The position numbers and the translations under genes are program-made. A DNA stretch of 64,000 nt from Candidatus Nanohalarchaeota archaeon (GTDB taxonomy: Archaea; Nanohalarchaeota; Nanosalinia; Nanosalinales; Nanosalinaceae), in NCBI GenBank assembly GCA_022729235.1, contig JALDAJ010000001.1:704001-768000 (forward strand). Direction: 5' to 3'. This document shows, one piece after another, positions 48,159 through 57,756 of the stretch. Every line of letters begins with the position of its first letter. The first letter of the stretch is position 1. A model generated the notes under the pieces. That model saw only the letters and a program-made list of their open reading frames with translations. It searched no databases and was not told where the DNA came from.

Positions 48159-48590
48159 ATGGCTGAGAATGTTTTTGTGGATTCCTCGGTTTTTCTTTCT
48201 CACGTATTGAATGATAGAGACTCTGAGTGGTCTAGAAAGAAGCTGGCTAGGATTAAGAATGATTCTAGAGGTAATTTTGAGCCTTTCACTAGTCATGTTG
48301 TTTTGGGAGAGGTTAAGATCTCGATAGTAGAGGCTTCTGAGAATAGGTATGTCCAGGATCTTTATGAGAGGTTTCTCACTTATTTTGATGTCGATAAGTA
48401 TTACCTTACAACTGTGGGGAAAGAGGATTACATTGATATGTTGGAAGAAGTTCGGAGTATTGATGAAAGGATTTCTTACAATGATTGCAGAATAGTTGCG
48501 GAGGCATTAGCAGAGAATTGTAACAAGCTCTACACCACTGATAGGGATTGGAGCAAGAGATTTGGTATAGAAGTAGTTGGTCCTGAATAA
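48159..48590 (+). CDS. PIN-domain protein (VapC-like)
   Basis: VFVDSSVF, VLGE, NDCRIVA, LYTTDRD. Confidence 0.85.
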   Translation: MAENVFVDSSVFLSHVLNDRDSEWSRKKLARIKNDSRGNFEPFTSHVVLGEVKISIVEASENRYVQDLYERFLTYFDVDKYYLTTVGKEDYIDMLEEVRSIDERISYNDCRIVAEALAENCNKLYTTDRDWSKRFGIEVVGPE

Positions 48591-48795
48591 GCTATTTCTC
48601 GTGTTTCTTGTTTACTTCTTCGATTACTTCTGCCGCCGACTTATCCCTGTACTCTGGCTTTATCATCTTCTTTACATTTTTCCCGTTGCTCATAGTATTT
48701 CCTCCCCGCTCTAATCTTAAATAATCTTTTGCACTCGAGTTGCGAATCAGAAAATAAAAACGGTGTTCCCCTCCCCAGAGGCTCACCGATCGGGT

Positions 48796-49077
48796 TCAGT
48801 TGGAGTGCGTGTTTTTGAGTGTCTGCCACTGGTCCGCGAACTCGTCTTTCATGTGTTCAAGTGCTATCCTTTCCTCGTCGCTCAGTTCTTTTGATTCGAC
48901 TATGTTCCTGTAAATCTTGTACGGATGTGTCGGTACTTCTTCGTCCATGTTGTTCCTGAACTTGTCTTCAAACTTGTCGCGGTGTTTCTCCACTTTTTCC
49001 TCGAGGACTCCTTTTTCCTCCCATTGATCGGCGAGCTTTTCTTTGGAACTTTTTCCGATATCCCACATGCTCGCCAT
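48796..49077 (-). CDS. Hypothetical protein
   Basis: 93 aa ATG ORF. Confidence 0.65.
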   Translation of the reverse strand: MASMWDIGKSSKEKLADQWEEKGVLEEKVEKHRDKFEDKFRNNMDEEVPTHPYKIYRNIVESKELSDEERIALEHMKDEFADQWQTLKNTHSN

Positions 49078-49263
49078 ACCGAATATTATTGCAGGGAGCC
49101 TTATTAACCTTGTCCTTGTCTTAGAACGTCGCTAGCGCACTAGATAGTGATTTCTGTATCCGATAAGTGATGACAATATCTTAAACCTTTTCACAGGATC
49201 ATAACTTTCTTTATATAGAGACGGGACCAGATTTAACAGTCTGGTCAAGTATCTTGAGAAGTA

Positions 49264-49971
49264 ATGACGAGTATTATCAATGTTTTGGCGGAGAGTTTCC
49301 AGCTTTTGATGGATAGACCGGTGCTTTTCGTCCCCAAGATAGTCTCTGCGCTGATAGGTGCCTTCTGGATTGTTGGACTTGTTGAATTCTTTTTCTCAGG
49401 TCAGGGCTCGCTCTACTTTTACGCGGTTACAGCCCCGTTTATATCGGTTTCAGGGCTCTTTGCAGCGGTGATGCTGGCTGTTATGGTTAAGAAGGAAGAT
49501 TCGGGGAATATACTGAAGGAAGGATTTCTTGGAGCCCTGTCAAAGTGGAAAGGTATAGCCGTCTCTACAGCTTTCCTGGTGCTTATGAGCTTCCTGGTTT
49601 TCATCCCTGTGTCTATCGGACTGGCATATTTCTTGCTGGTTGGTTCGATATCGTGGCTTGTTGCAGGGTTTTTCCTGACTATGGCTCTGCTGGTGATAAT
49701 GACGTTTCTAGTCTATTTCTTTCCTATCAGCTTAGTGGAGAAGGAATCAGTTATCAGGGGATTCCGGGATTCGGCGCAGACTTCTGTGGGTAACTCAAAG
49801 GAGGTTATGGCGCTCACATTCTTTTCCTTTGTTGTTCTTATCCTCGCATCTCTAGCGAGCAACCAGGAGTTCAGGGCTCTAGGGTTCGCGAGTTTTATCA
49901 TTATGCGAGTTATATCCGGTATTATCACGACTTACGTCTTCGTTGTGAGTCCGAAATATTACTTATCGTAA
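49264..49971 (+). CDS. Polytopic membrane protein
   Basis: About six TM helices. Confidence 0.75.
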   Translation: MTSIINVLAESFQLLMDRPVLFVPKIVSALIGAFWIVGLVEFFFSGQGSLYFYAVTAPFISVSGLFAAVMLAVMVKKEDSGNILKEGFLGALSKWKGIAVSTAFLVLMSFLVFIPVSIGLAYFLLVGSISWLVAGFFLTMALLVIMTFLVYFFPISLVEKESVIRGFRDSAQTSVGNSKEVMALTFFSFVVLILASLASNQEFRALGFASFIIMRVISGIITTYVFVVSPKYYLS

Positions 49972-49978
49972 TCTAGAA

Positions 49979-50548
49979 CTAACCTCTCAGCGTTTCAACA
50001 AGCTTCTTTGCTGCTTCTTGGGCATGTCCTTCCCTGTTCTCGATGACCTTGAGGTACGCCCCGGTCAGGACCGCGTCTGTTGACGCCATCTCTCTCGCGA
50101 CTTTTTGGTACTGCCTGATGTCAGCTGGCGAGTCGTGCTCCCTGTCCCGGTCCTCGTCTCCCTGAGTCCGTGACCAGATCGCCTCTGCGTCTGCATGTAG
50201 AAGTATTATCTTCGACGGGTCTAGGTTCTCGACAGTCCACTTTGGAAGGCCAGGCAAGTATCCGTAAGGTGTTTTTATCGCGGCGTGTGTATCGACTATG
50301 ATATCGTTTTCTCGGGAGTCTTCAACTATCGACTTCGCCGCTTCCTTCTGCACCTTCTTGCTGGTCTCGGTGTCGAGCTCTTTCAGTTCGTCTCTGCTAT
50401 CTACCAGTCCTTCTTCCCGTGCTGTTTCCAGCATCCGGTCGCCGTAGTTGATGACCTCGTAGTCTCTGTCCGATAGAAGCATCGCTTCCTCAAGAACTGT
50501 AGATTTTCCGACTCCTGAAAGTCCGACAAGTATATTGACTTCTCCCAT
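49979..50548 (-). CDS. adkA: Archaeal adenylate kinase
   Basis: GLSGVGKST, NYGD.M, DTHAAIKTP.GYLPGLP. Confidence 0.94.
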   Translation of the reverse strand: MGEVNILVGLSGVGKSTVLEEAMLLSDRDYEVINYGDRMLETAREEGLVDSRDELKELDTETSKKVQKEAAKSIVEDSRENDIIVDTHAAIKTPYGYLPGLPKWTVENLDPSKIILLHADAEAIWSRTQGDEDRDREHDSPADIRQYQKVAREMASTDAVLTGAYLKVIENREGHAQEAAKKLVETLRG

Positions 50549-50550
50549 AG

Positions 50551-51897
50551 TTAGTTACCTACCTGTAGTTTCCGGGCAAGATAATTTAACCATTTCTCCT
50601 CGGATTCCAGCGGATCCGCAAAACCGAAGTCGACTATTTTCTCTGCGACGTTGCCCGGTATTCCTTTCTGTTCGAGCTCTCCTGAAAGAAAGTCCTTGAG
50701 GAAGTCTTTCGCGTCTGTGTACTCACGTCCGGTCTTCGCGTAAAGCCTGTCTCCTTTCACGTAAGCGTTTTCGTACTTCGACGTGAACTGTTCCAGGTGG
50801 TCGTGACCGTGGAAAACTTTCGGACCTTTCTGCTCCTGTATCTCTGGTAGTTCGCGCTTCAGCTCGAAGAAGATACGCGTCTTTTCATCTCCGGCGTGGA
50901 AACCAGATTCAAAGATTCTGAAGTCGTGTTTCTCAAGTTCGTCCTCAAGCCTCCGGAGGGTTTTCCTCATCTGCGGGTAGACCACGTCCTCCACGTCCTC
51001 CGGCGTCTCAAACCTTATGACGAGGAAGTCACCCCGTTTCTCCATCTCCTGTTTCAACTCGAACTCGGTATAGTCAGGCTCCTGCTTCTCGAAGAAGTTG
51101 ATGCCTGGGTTTTCGAGAAACTGCCAGCACCTGTAGATGAACTCCGAGTAATTTTTCATGGAAAGTACCGAGGCGACGTTTCTCTCCGGGTCAACAGGAT
51201 CGATAACCACTAGTCTGTCGCTCTCGAATTTTTCCTCCAGCTCTTCCGGCAGTTCCCCGCCGTGGTGGTCTTCCGGGTCGATAACTTCCCGCTCACCCCA
51301 CTGCGAGACGCTTTCCACAAGTTCCTCGAAGCTTCCGTAGTGGTTGACCAGTACCTCGCATAGGTAGCCGGAGAAACCTCTGACCTTTAATGAGGAGCCG
51401 TAGAGACATCCTGACCGCAGGAAGACTTTCAGCACGACGACGTCTTTCCTCTGTTCCTCCGTCAGGTTCTCCTTCAGCCACCGCGAGTGGTGAGGAGTCC
51501 TGTCAACGGCGCTCTTGATATCGTCAGGTGAGACGTCGTGGCACGGCACTATCTCGACCTCGTGACCGTTGATTTCGCCTTTCGTGTACGGGTGCTCCGC
51601 ATATTCTATCTCAAAATCACCTGAGAACTCGTTAAAAACTGCTTTCCCGACGTCCAGTCCGCGGTCTTCCAGTTCTGTTCTTTTGATGTTCTCCGGGAAT
51701 AGGACGAAAATGTCGATGTCGCGGTCGCCCTTCATCGCGGTGCCTCTTGCGCTGGAGCCGGCGAAATGCGTCTCAAGCCCGAACTCTTCCTCGATAAAAT
51801 CCGCGATTTCCTGGTACTTCTCCTGTGTCTCTTCCAGCTCTTCTTCCTCAGGGTAATGCTGTTCCAGCACTTTCTCTCTCAGGCGTTCTATGTTCAT
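50551..51897 (-). CDS. cca: CCA-adding enzyme (class I)
   Basis: GSSARGT..DRDIDIF, YAEHPY, SAVDRTP, GFSGYLCE, DPVDPERNVA. Confidence 0.96.
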   Translation of the reverse strand: MNIERLREKVLEQHYPEEEELEETQEKYQEIADFIEEEFGLETHFAGSSARGTAMKGDRDIDIFVLFPENIKRTELEDRGLDVGKAVFNEFSGDFEIEYAEHPYTKGEINGHEVEIVPCHDVSPDDIKSAVDRTPHHSRWLKENLTEEQRKDVVVLKVFLRSGCLYGSSLKVRGFSGYLCEVLVNHYGSFEELVESVSQWGEREVIDPEDHHGGELPEELEEKFESDRLVVIDPVDPERNVASVLSMKNYSEFIYRCWQFLENPGINFFEKQEPDYTEFELKQEMEKRGDFLVIRFETPEDVEDVVYPQMRKTLRRLEDELEKHDFRIFESGFHAGDEKTRIFFELKRELPEIQEQKGPKVFHGHDHLEQFTSKYENAYVKGDRLYAKTGREYTDAKDFLKDFLSGELEQKGIPGNVAEKIVDFGFADPLESEEKWLNYLARKLQVGN

Positions 51898-51938
51898 ATA
51901 GAAGGAGTTACCGATCAACAGGTTTTAATCTTTCCAAG

Positions 51939-52697
51939 TTACCTATCTCGACTGATTGTCGCCTTGACGGGTAGGTGGTCGGATACCTGGCTTGAGATAG
52001 TTTTACTGCTCCGGTATTCTAAGTCTCCGGAGATGAAGAGGTTATCCAGCCGATATTCCAGTTCATCTACGCTCCAGCCCCTGTAATCGAAAGGTTTGAC
52101 TGTCCAGGTCGGTTTATCGCTTCCCACGCGTTCCAGCTTCTCTTCCACCATCTGGAGCTCCTCGTTTTCCAGGGGTGCGTTGAAGTCTCCCGCGAGAACC
52201 ACCGGTTCTTCAAAACTGTCAACTACTGAGAGCAGATTCTGGACCTCCGCCGTCCGTATCTCGGTGGTATTGAACCTGTGAGAGTACTGTAGGTGGGTGG
52301 TCAGGAATCGTATAGAGGCACCTTCTACGTCGATTTCGGTGTTAATCAGTATCCGCGGTTCTTTCTCCGGTGTTCCATCATACGAAATGTTCTCGGGGTT
52401 AAGCGAATGAGGTTCGCTGTCTTTAATCGGGTAGCGTGAGATAACTGCGTTCCCCATCTCGTGCTGTCTGTCTGAGTCGTACTTCCGGAAGTCAAGTGCA
52501 GGATAGAAAACGTAATTATACCCGAGTTCTTCCGCCACGTCTTCGATGATGTTCAGAGGAGAGTCTTCATCGTAGTAAATTGCGGCCTCCTGGATGCCGA
52601 TGACATCTATATCGTTTTCACGGATGACCTTCGCTATTCCCTCTACGTCTCTGTCACCGAAAACCCAGATGTTCCACGAGGCAACGGTTATCTCCAT
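51939..52697 (-). CDS. Endonuclease/exonuclease/phosphatase family protein
   Basis: SWNI, GIQE, THL, GDFN, SDHLPV. Confidence 0.92.
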   Translation of the reverse strand: MEITVASWNIWVFGDRDVEGIAKVIRENDIDVIGIQEAAIYYDEDSPLNIIEDVAEELGYNYVFYPALDFRKYDSDRQHEMGNAVISRYPIKDSEPHSLNPENISYDGTPEKEPRILINTEIDVEGASIRFLTTHLQYSHRFNTTEIRTAEVQNLLSVVDSFEEPVVLAGDFNAPLENEELQMVEEKLERVGSDKPTWTVKPFDYRGWSVDELEYRLDNLFISGDLEYRSSKTISSQVSDHLPVKATISRDR

Positions 52698-52713
52698 GGT
52701 GAGAAATATAGCT

Positions 52714-53097
52714 CTAGTCTTTCAGTCCTTTAACGAGTTTCCGGTCTTCGATGACCCAGTATTTAATCTCGTCGCCTTCTCCTGCGTCGAGGTCGTCTGG
52801 TAGTTCCATTTCCTCTGTCTCGTAGGTGTCCATGTCCATGACCTGTGCGATGTTTCCGTCGCGTGAGACGACTTGACCGACTTTCTTGTCGATGTCGGGC
52901 GACATCATCATAGTGTCACCGGGCTTAGTTATGTGCCTGTCCTTGTCGTCGAAGACTCCGCGTGCCTTAATCTTGACTTTTGCACTTCCGTGTTTTCCTG
53001 GACTGGATTTAGAGGTTCCTCTTACTTCGCACGGTTCGTCGTCGATGATTACGTACCGTCCGCGTTTTAGACTTGATGCTTCTACCTGTTTTGCCAT
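52714..53097 (-). CDS. eif5a: Translation factor aIF5A
   Basis: SSPGKHGSAK hypusine loop. Confidence 0.96.
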   Translation of the reverse strand: MAKQVEASSLKRGRYVIIDDEPCEVRGTSKSSPGKHGSAKVKIKARGVFDDKDRHITKPGDTMMMSPDIDKKVGQVVSRDGNIAQVMDMDTYETEEMELPDDLDAGEGDEIKYWVIEDRKLVKGLKD

Positions 53098-53104
53098 TAT
53101 TCTT

Positions 53105-53302
53105 TCACTGTGTCGCCATTTCTACATCTTCTTTTTTAACTGTGTTCCTCTCTGCGTGGTCAGCCATCCTGATCGCTTCCTGTGCGATGTCCTGTCCTGC
53201 GTCTTCCACTGCTTTTCGGAGTTCTTCTACGGCGTCTTCAGAAACGCGGTCGGCACCAGCCTGCCGGATGATTCTTTCGATTGGAGCTTTTGGGAGGCTC
53301 AT
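53105..53302 (-). CDS. Archaeal histone
   Basis: LPKAPIERII..GADRVSEDA..HAERNTVKKEDV. Confidence 0.95.
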   Translation of the reverse strand: MSLPKAPIERIIRQAGADRVSEDAVEELRKAVEDAGQDIAQEAIRMADHAERNTVKKEDVEMATQ

Positions 53303-53389
53303 GGATATCACAAGAAAATTGCTTCGGACAGACTTTAATATGAAACGGTTGTCATCAGTCTTATAGAGTTTGAAACGTGTTCTTTTACT

Positions 53390-53839
53390 ATGAATGCGGT
53401 AGTTGACTCGAATGTTTTTATGAGGGGTAGAGCGAATCTAGAATTTGAACGGTTTTACACAGTTCCCTCGGTGATGGATGAGCTGGAGAGCCCGGGTGCG
53501 AGGCTGAGTTTTGACGCTGCCGATGTTAGGGTGGAGGAGCCTTCCGATGAGAGTCTTGAGAAGGTTCGCCAGAAGTCTGATGAAATCAATTCACCGACTT
53601 CCGGGGTTGATGAGGAGTTATTGGCGCTCGCTCTCGATATGGGTGAGGTCCTCGTGACGGATGATCTGGCTCTACAGAATCTTGCTTCACACACCGGTGT
53701 TAGGTTCCGGGCGTATATGGGTGATGAGATAGAGGAGGAGCGTATATGGGTGCGTGTCTGCGGTAACTGCGGTGAAGAAGTTGAAGGTGAGAGATGTCCG
53801 CGTTGCGGACAGAGAGACATCAAGAGGAAACCAGGTTAG
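53390..53839 (+). CDS. nob1: Nob1-like endonuclease (PIN plus Zn ribbon)
   Basis: VVDSN, TDDLALQN, CGNC..CPRCG. Confidence 0.88.
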   Translation: MNAVVDSNVFMRGRANLEFERFYTVPSVMDELESPGARLSFDAADVRVEEPSDESLEKVRQKSDEINSPTSGVDEELLALALDMGEVLVTDDLALQNLASHTGVRFRAYMGDEIEEERIWVRVCGNCGEEVEGERCPRCGQRDIKRKPG

Positions 53840-54848
53840 TGTAGTTCAGGATAAACTCCTTGGTTAGTATCAGGAGTAGCGGTCCAAGTATTATGCCCTT
53901 CAGTCCGAGTGTAAGCGGTCCTGCAAGGAAGCCTATGAAGATTATCAGCGGATGTTCATTCATCTTTTTCGCGCCGATATAGGGTCTGAAGAAGATTTCT
54001 GGCAGGATATTGATCACTACTACGCCGAATCCGATGATAAGCGAGCCTTTGAGGGGTTCGCCGGCGAATAGGTAGTAAGCGCCCAGTGGCGCGTACAGCA
54101 TGAACCCTGCTACTATAGGTAGTAGTGCCGCTACCGCGATAATCACTGCCCAGAGAGGTATCAATGGGATGGAGGAGGTGATGTTTGCTATCACGTAGAA
54201 CCCTAGCGCGGTGAGAACACCTATAACTGCCGCGACCAGGAGCTGTGTGATGAAGACTCCTCTAAAGATAGAGTCTATAGATCTTATCAGTGAACGGATG
54301 ATTTTTTCCTCATTTTCTGGTAAGTTATCTATTATGTCGAAGATTTTTTCCTTAATCCGGTCCCCGTCCTTGTAGAGATAGATAAGGGTGACGAGGTAGA
54401 TGCCGAGGTCTATCATTATCCGCGGTATAGAGGCTAGCGTAGATCTCAGGTAATTCTCAAGACCTATGAGTAGGGTGTTGGTGAATTCGACGACCTGTGC
54501 CCGGAACTCTTCGGGCAGGTTCAGGAAGTCTATTACGGCGTTGATGTTCCTCTGGAGATCTAGCGCGAATACCTGTAAAGATATGAGGATGTCGTGGAAG
54601 TTATTGATGAAAAAGAACAACCCCAGGCTTATCGCTCCTATAACGGATGAGATGACTATTATTGAGGACAGGAAATCATTTTCCAGTCGCTGGTTCAGTC
54701 CGCGATGGGCGAATCTTAAAAGATAAGCTGTCGCTGCCGCCAGTATCAGTGCGTCAAGGAAGGGATACAAAACAAATATGCTTCCCAGGGCTAGCAGTAC
54801 CGCCGCCCCGAGTATCTCTCTCTTGAAACGGGTATTATCTGGCGACAT
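53820..54848 (-). CDS. AI-2E family transporter
   Basis: Multiple TMs; RPYI..HPLIIFIG..G..GIILGP. Confidence 0.88.
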   Translation of the reverse strand: MSPDNTRFKREILGAAVLLALGSIFVLYPFLDALILAAATAYLLRFAHRGLNQRLENDFLSSIIVISSVIGAISLGLFFFINNFHDILISLQVFALDLQRNINAVIDFLNLPEEFRAQVVEFTNTLLIGLENYLRSTLASIPRIMIDLGIYLVTLIYLYKDGDRIKEKIFDIIDNLPENEEKIIRSLIRSIDSIFRGVFITQLLVAAVIGVLTALGFYVIANITSSIPLIPLWAVIIAVAALLPIVAGFMLYAPLGAYYLFAGEPLKGSLIIGFGVVVINILPEIFFRPYIGAKKMNEHPLIIFIGFLAGPLTLGLKGIILGPLLLILTKEFILNYTNLVSS

Positions 54849-54988
54849 TAGACTATATTGGGTATATCTACGTTTTATTATCTGTGACAGTGAACATGTT
54901 GTCACCGAAGAGTCAGGCAACCTTTGGAAAGATATTTAAATGTGGGGGGTAAACTTGTAGGATATTGCAGGGGGAGGGACAAGTTTCT

Positions 54989-56110
54989 ATGTCCAAAAAT
55001 GATACTATGTCAGAACAGGAGCACGTACCGCGTCGCGATTTCGACTCATACCAGGTTCCCGAAGACTGGGAAACTGAAGAAGATGAAGACGAAAACCTAG
55101 AGGAAGAAGCAGCACCAGAGGCTGAAGAGTCTGGAGAAGAGAAAACTGTCGCTGAAGGCGAAGGATATACTGTAGTCCAGGAAGAAGCCGAAGAAGGCGA
55201 CATGGTTCTAACATGTCCCGAATGTGAATCACAGAGATTCGAGGAAGATTCCGCAGAAGGACAGCTTGTCTGTGTAGATTGTGGGGTAGTTGTCGATGAG
55301 AACCGGATCGATGAATCCGCAGAGTGGAGGGCGTTCAACGAGGAAGAGCGTGAGAAGAAGGCTCGCGCCGGACAGCCTCTTACATACACGAAACACGACA
55401 TGGGAGTATCGACCGAGATCGGTAAAGGTTCTGGAGAGCTTTACAAGGTTTCTGGTAATAAAAGAGCCCAGTACTACAGGCTGAGGAAATGGCACAAGCG
55501 CCTGACAAAGTCCAAGGACCGCAACCTCGGGTTCGCTCTATCCGAACTCAACTCGATGGTGTCCAACCTCAACCTTCCCGAATCAGTCCACGAAGAAGTC
55601 GCCCGACTATACGAGAAAGCGGTCGACAAGGGACTGGTGAGAGGACGTTCCATGGAGTCCATCATCTCCGCGCTACTCTACATCGTCGCGAGAAAACAGG
55701 GGACTCCAAGGACTCTTGACGAGATCTCCGAGGCTTCAGGCATCGAGAAGAGAGAGATCGGTAGAGCATACCGTTACGTTGCGCGTGAACTCGGACTCAG
55801 AATCCTACCGGCGAAGCCGCAGGACTACGTACCGCGTTTCGCTGGAAAACTCCAGCTATCAGGAGAAGTCCAGGCAAGAGCGCGTCAAATTCTCAAGGAA
55901 GCAAGAGAAAAAGACCTTCTGTCCGGTAAAGGACCGACAGGTCTCGCAGCCGCCGCGCTCTACATCGCCGCAGTACTCGAAGGCGAGAAGAGAACGCAGA
56001 GAGAAGTAGCAGACGTAGTCGGAGTCACCGAGGTCACGATCAGGAACCGCTACAAAGAACTTGCGGAGAAACTCGGCCTCGAAGAAGAGCTGGAAGAGAA
56101 GTCGAATTGA
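54989..56110 (+). CDS. tfb: Transcription initiation factor B with acidic N-terminal extension
   Basis: CPEC..CVDCG ribbon, EWRAF, two cyclin repeats, VTEVTIRNRYKEL; alternative start 55007. Confidence 0.97.
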   Translation: MSKNDTMSEQEHVPRRDFDSYQVPEDWETEEDEDENLEEEAAPEAEESGEEKTVAEGEGYTVVQEEAEEGDMVLTCPECESQRFEEDSAEGQLVCVDCGVVVDENRIDESAEWRAFNEEEREKKARAGQPLTYTKHDMGVSTEIGKGSGELYKVSGNKRAQYYRLRKWHKRLTKSKDRNLGFALSELNSMVSNLNLPESVHEEVARLYEKAVDKGLVRGRSMESIISALLYIVARKQGTPRTLDEISEASGIEKREIGRAYRYVARELGLRILPAKPQDYVPRFAGKLQLSGEVQARARQILKEAREKDLLSGKGPTGLAAAALYIAAVLEGEKRTQREVADVVGVTEVTIRNRYKELAEKLGLEEELEEKSN

Positions 56111-56449
56111 TCGGCTTTTCATATTTCCTTCTATTTATTTTTCTTCTACCTTCAGATTTTGACGTCAAGCAAGTTTTTTGACCGGTGATTAAAGCCGGTA
56201 AACGGTTACAGTTTAGCGACTTAGATTGGCAGGCGTAATCAGGAAGTCTGGCGTTCGTGAAGAAGACGTAAACGCTGGAGCAGAGTTCTATGAAAGACTC
56301 GTGAAAGGGTACAGGAGCTGTTTGCAGAGATGTAGAAAGAGCTGAAGGCAACGGACGAAAGACAGCGATGTTTATGTCTTAAACGTCTCTCGCTTTGACT
56401 GGCAGTTTTCCCAATTTATTTCTTTTCTTTTTCTATTCTCTCAAGAGTC

Positions 56450-57619
56450 CTATGTCAATTGCGATAGGCGCCATAATTGAGCTAAAATGATTAAAATACT
56501 TGATATGATGAATAATGCCTTTAAAGACTTGATGACAAAGTTTTTCGACCTTATAATTTTATCCTCGGAGCTTGGTAGTTCTATCTTGTATTTTGGATAG
56601 ACTTCTTCCGATCCAGAAAGTTTGAAGTTGTAAGATGGATTCACTTTTTCTCCGTTAACGATTATGGCTGAATTCTGTAATTTGTATATTTTTGGCCATT
56701 TTTGGGCTCTATTGATATAGCTTATTCTATCTTTTGTCTTATCACTTATTCTAAAGTCCTCATCTAAGCAGTCTAAGGCCTCTATCAGTGCGGTTTCTTC
56801 TATTCTACACAAATGACTCTCTTCATCAAGCTCAATTATTAATTTTTTAGGCTTTTCTTCAGAAAGGTCGCTAGCTTTGTTGGGATATACTCTGTCAGGA
56901 TAAAGATGTTCATGTCCTCTGAAGTAGGGTGCGGAGTCTTCGTACCCACAGTTTTCGCAGGTAAAATCCCATCCTTTTGTGATTATTTCGTTGCTGTTGC
57001 ATACTGGACAGGTGTATTCTTCATCAGGATTGTCTTCAGGGTTGTACAGATTCTCATAATCAATCTCCTGCGAGGGTTTTTTATCAAACATTTTAAAATC
57101 GTGTTTGTGGTAAAAGTATGCGGGTAAATACGAGTAACCCTGATATGGTGATCTCAATTCCTCCAGATTATCAGATGAGAAAAGATGCGGTCTCTTTATT
57201 TCCTCATCTTTACTCCAGAAAAATAGATTAGAACGTTCTTCGTCCACTTTATCAAGTCCTGTTTCCGTTATATTGTACAGTCTGGCGCTTACAGATTCGT
57301 CGCTCCGGCTTACTTCTAAAAGTCTAGAAGCGGCATCTGCGAGTATTGAGAAGTCTTTAGGATTTTTCTGAGGGCAGGGCATCTTTTCTACATATTTATT
57401 TCCAATGAATACTCTGTTGTCGCCGATAAACTCGCCTACAAGCTTATCTTTATCTACTTCTATATCGTCCTCTTGGACATCAAAAAGTTTAGCTACTCTT
57501 TCCAGACGTTTATCTTCTTTTTCTTGGTTTTCATCTCTTAAAATGATAATTTCTTTGTTTATTTGTTTCAGGGCAGCTTCTGGATTTTCTGATTCGATAA
57601 GGTAATACTCTATTGCCAC
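56450..57619 (-). CDS. Hypothetical protein with Zn ribbon and C-terminal TM helix (islet cargo)
   Basis: CPVC-x11-CENC; hydrophobic C-terminus; AT-rich codons. Confidence 0.75.
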   Translation of the reverse strand: MAIEYYLIESENPEAALKQINKEIIILRDENQEKEDKRLERVAKLFDVQEDDIEVDKDKLVGEFIGDNRVFIGNKYVEKMPCPQKNPKDFSILADAASRLLEVSRSDESVSARLYNITETGLDKVDEERSNLFFWSKDEEIKRPHLFSSDNLEELRSPYQGYSYLPAYFYHKHDFKMFDKKPSQEIDYENLYNPEDNPDEEYTCPVCNSNEIITKGWDFTCENCGYEDSAPYFRGHEHLYPDRVYPNKASDLSEEKPKKLIIELDEESHLCRIEETALIEALDCLDEDFRISDKTKDRISYINRAQKWPKIYKLQNSAIIVNGEKVNPSYNFKLSGSEEVYPKYKIELPSSEDKIIRSKNFVIKSLKALFIISSILIILAQLWRLSQLT

Positions 57620-57675
57620 AATAGCAATTTGAAGGTGCTTAAATGTTAAATTTATTCAGCGTTTATAGCTGAGGA

Positions 57676-57756
57676 GAGGTCACAATCAGGAACCGCTACA
57701 AAGAACTTGCGGAGAAACTCGGCCTCGAAGAAGAGCTGGAAGAGAAATCCAACTAA
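57676..57756 (+). repeat. Duplicated tfb 3' end (att-like)
   Basis: Encodes EVTIRNRYKELAEKLGLEEELEEKSN*, identical in protein to the tfb end. Confidence 0.93.

Larger units (their letters stand above)
56030..57756. mobile_element. Small integrated islet bounded by 81 bp direct repeats of the tfb 3' end
   Basis: Repeats at 56030-56110 and 57676-57756 (5 mismatches) around an AT-rich single-gene insert. Confidence 0.75.
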
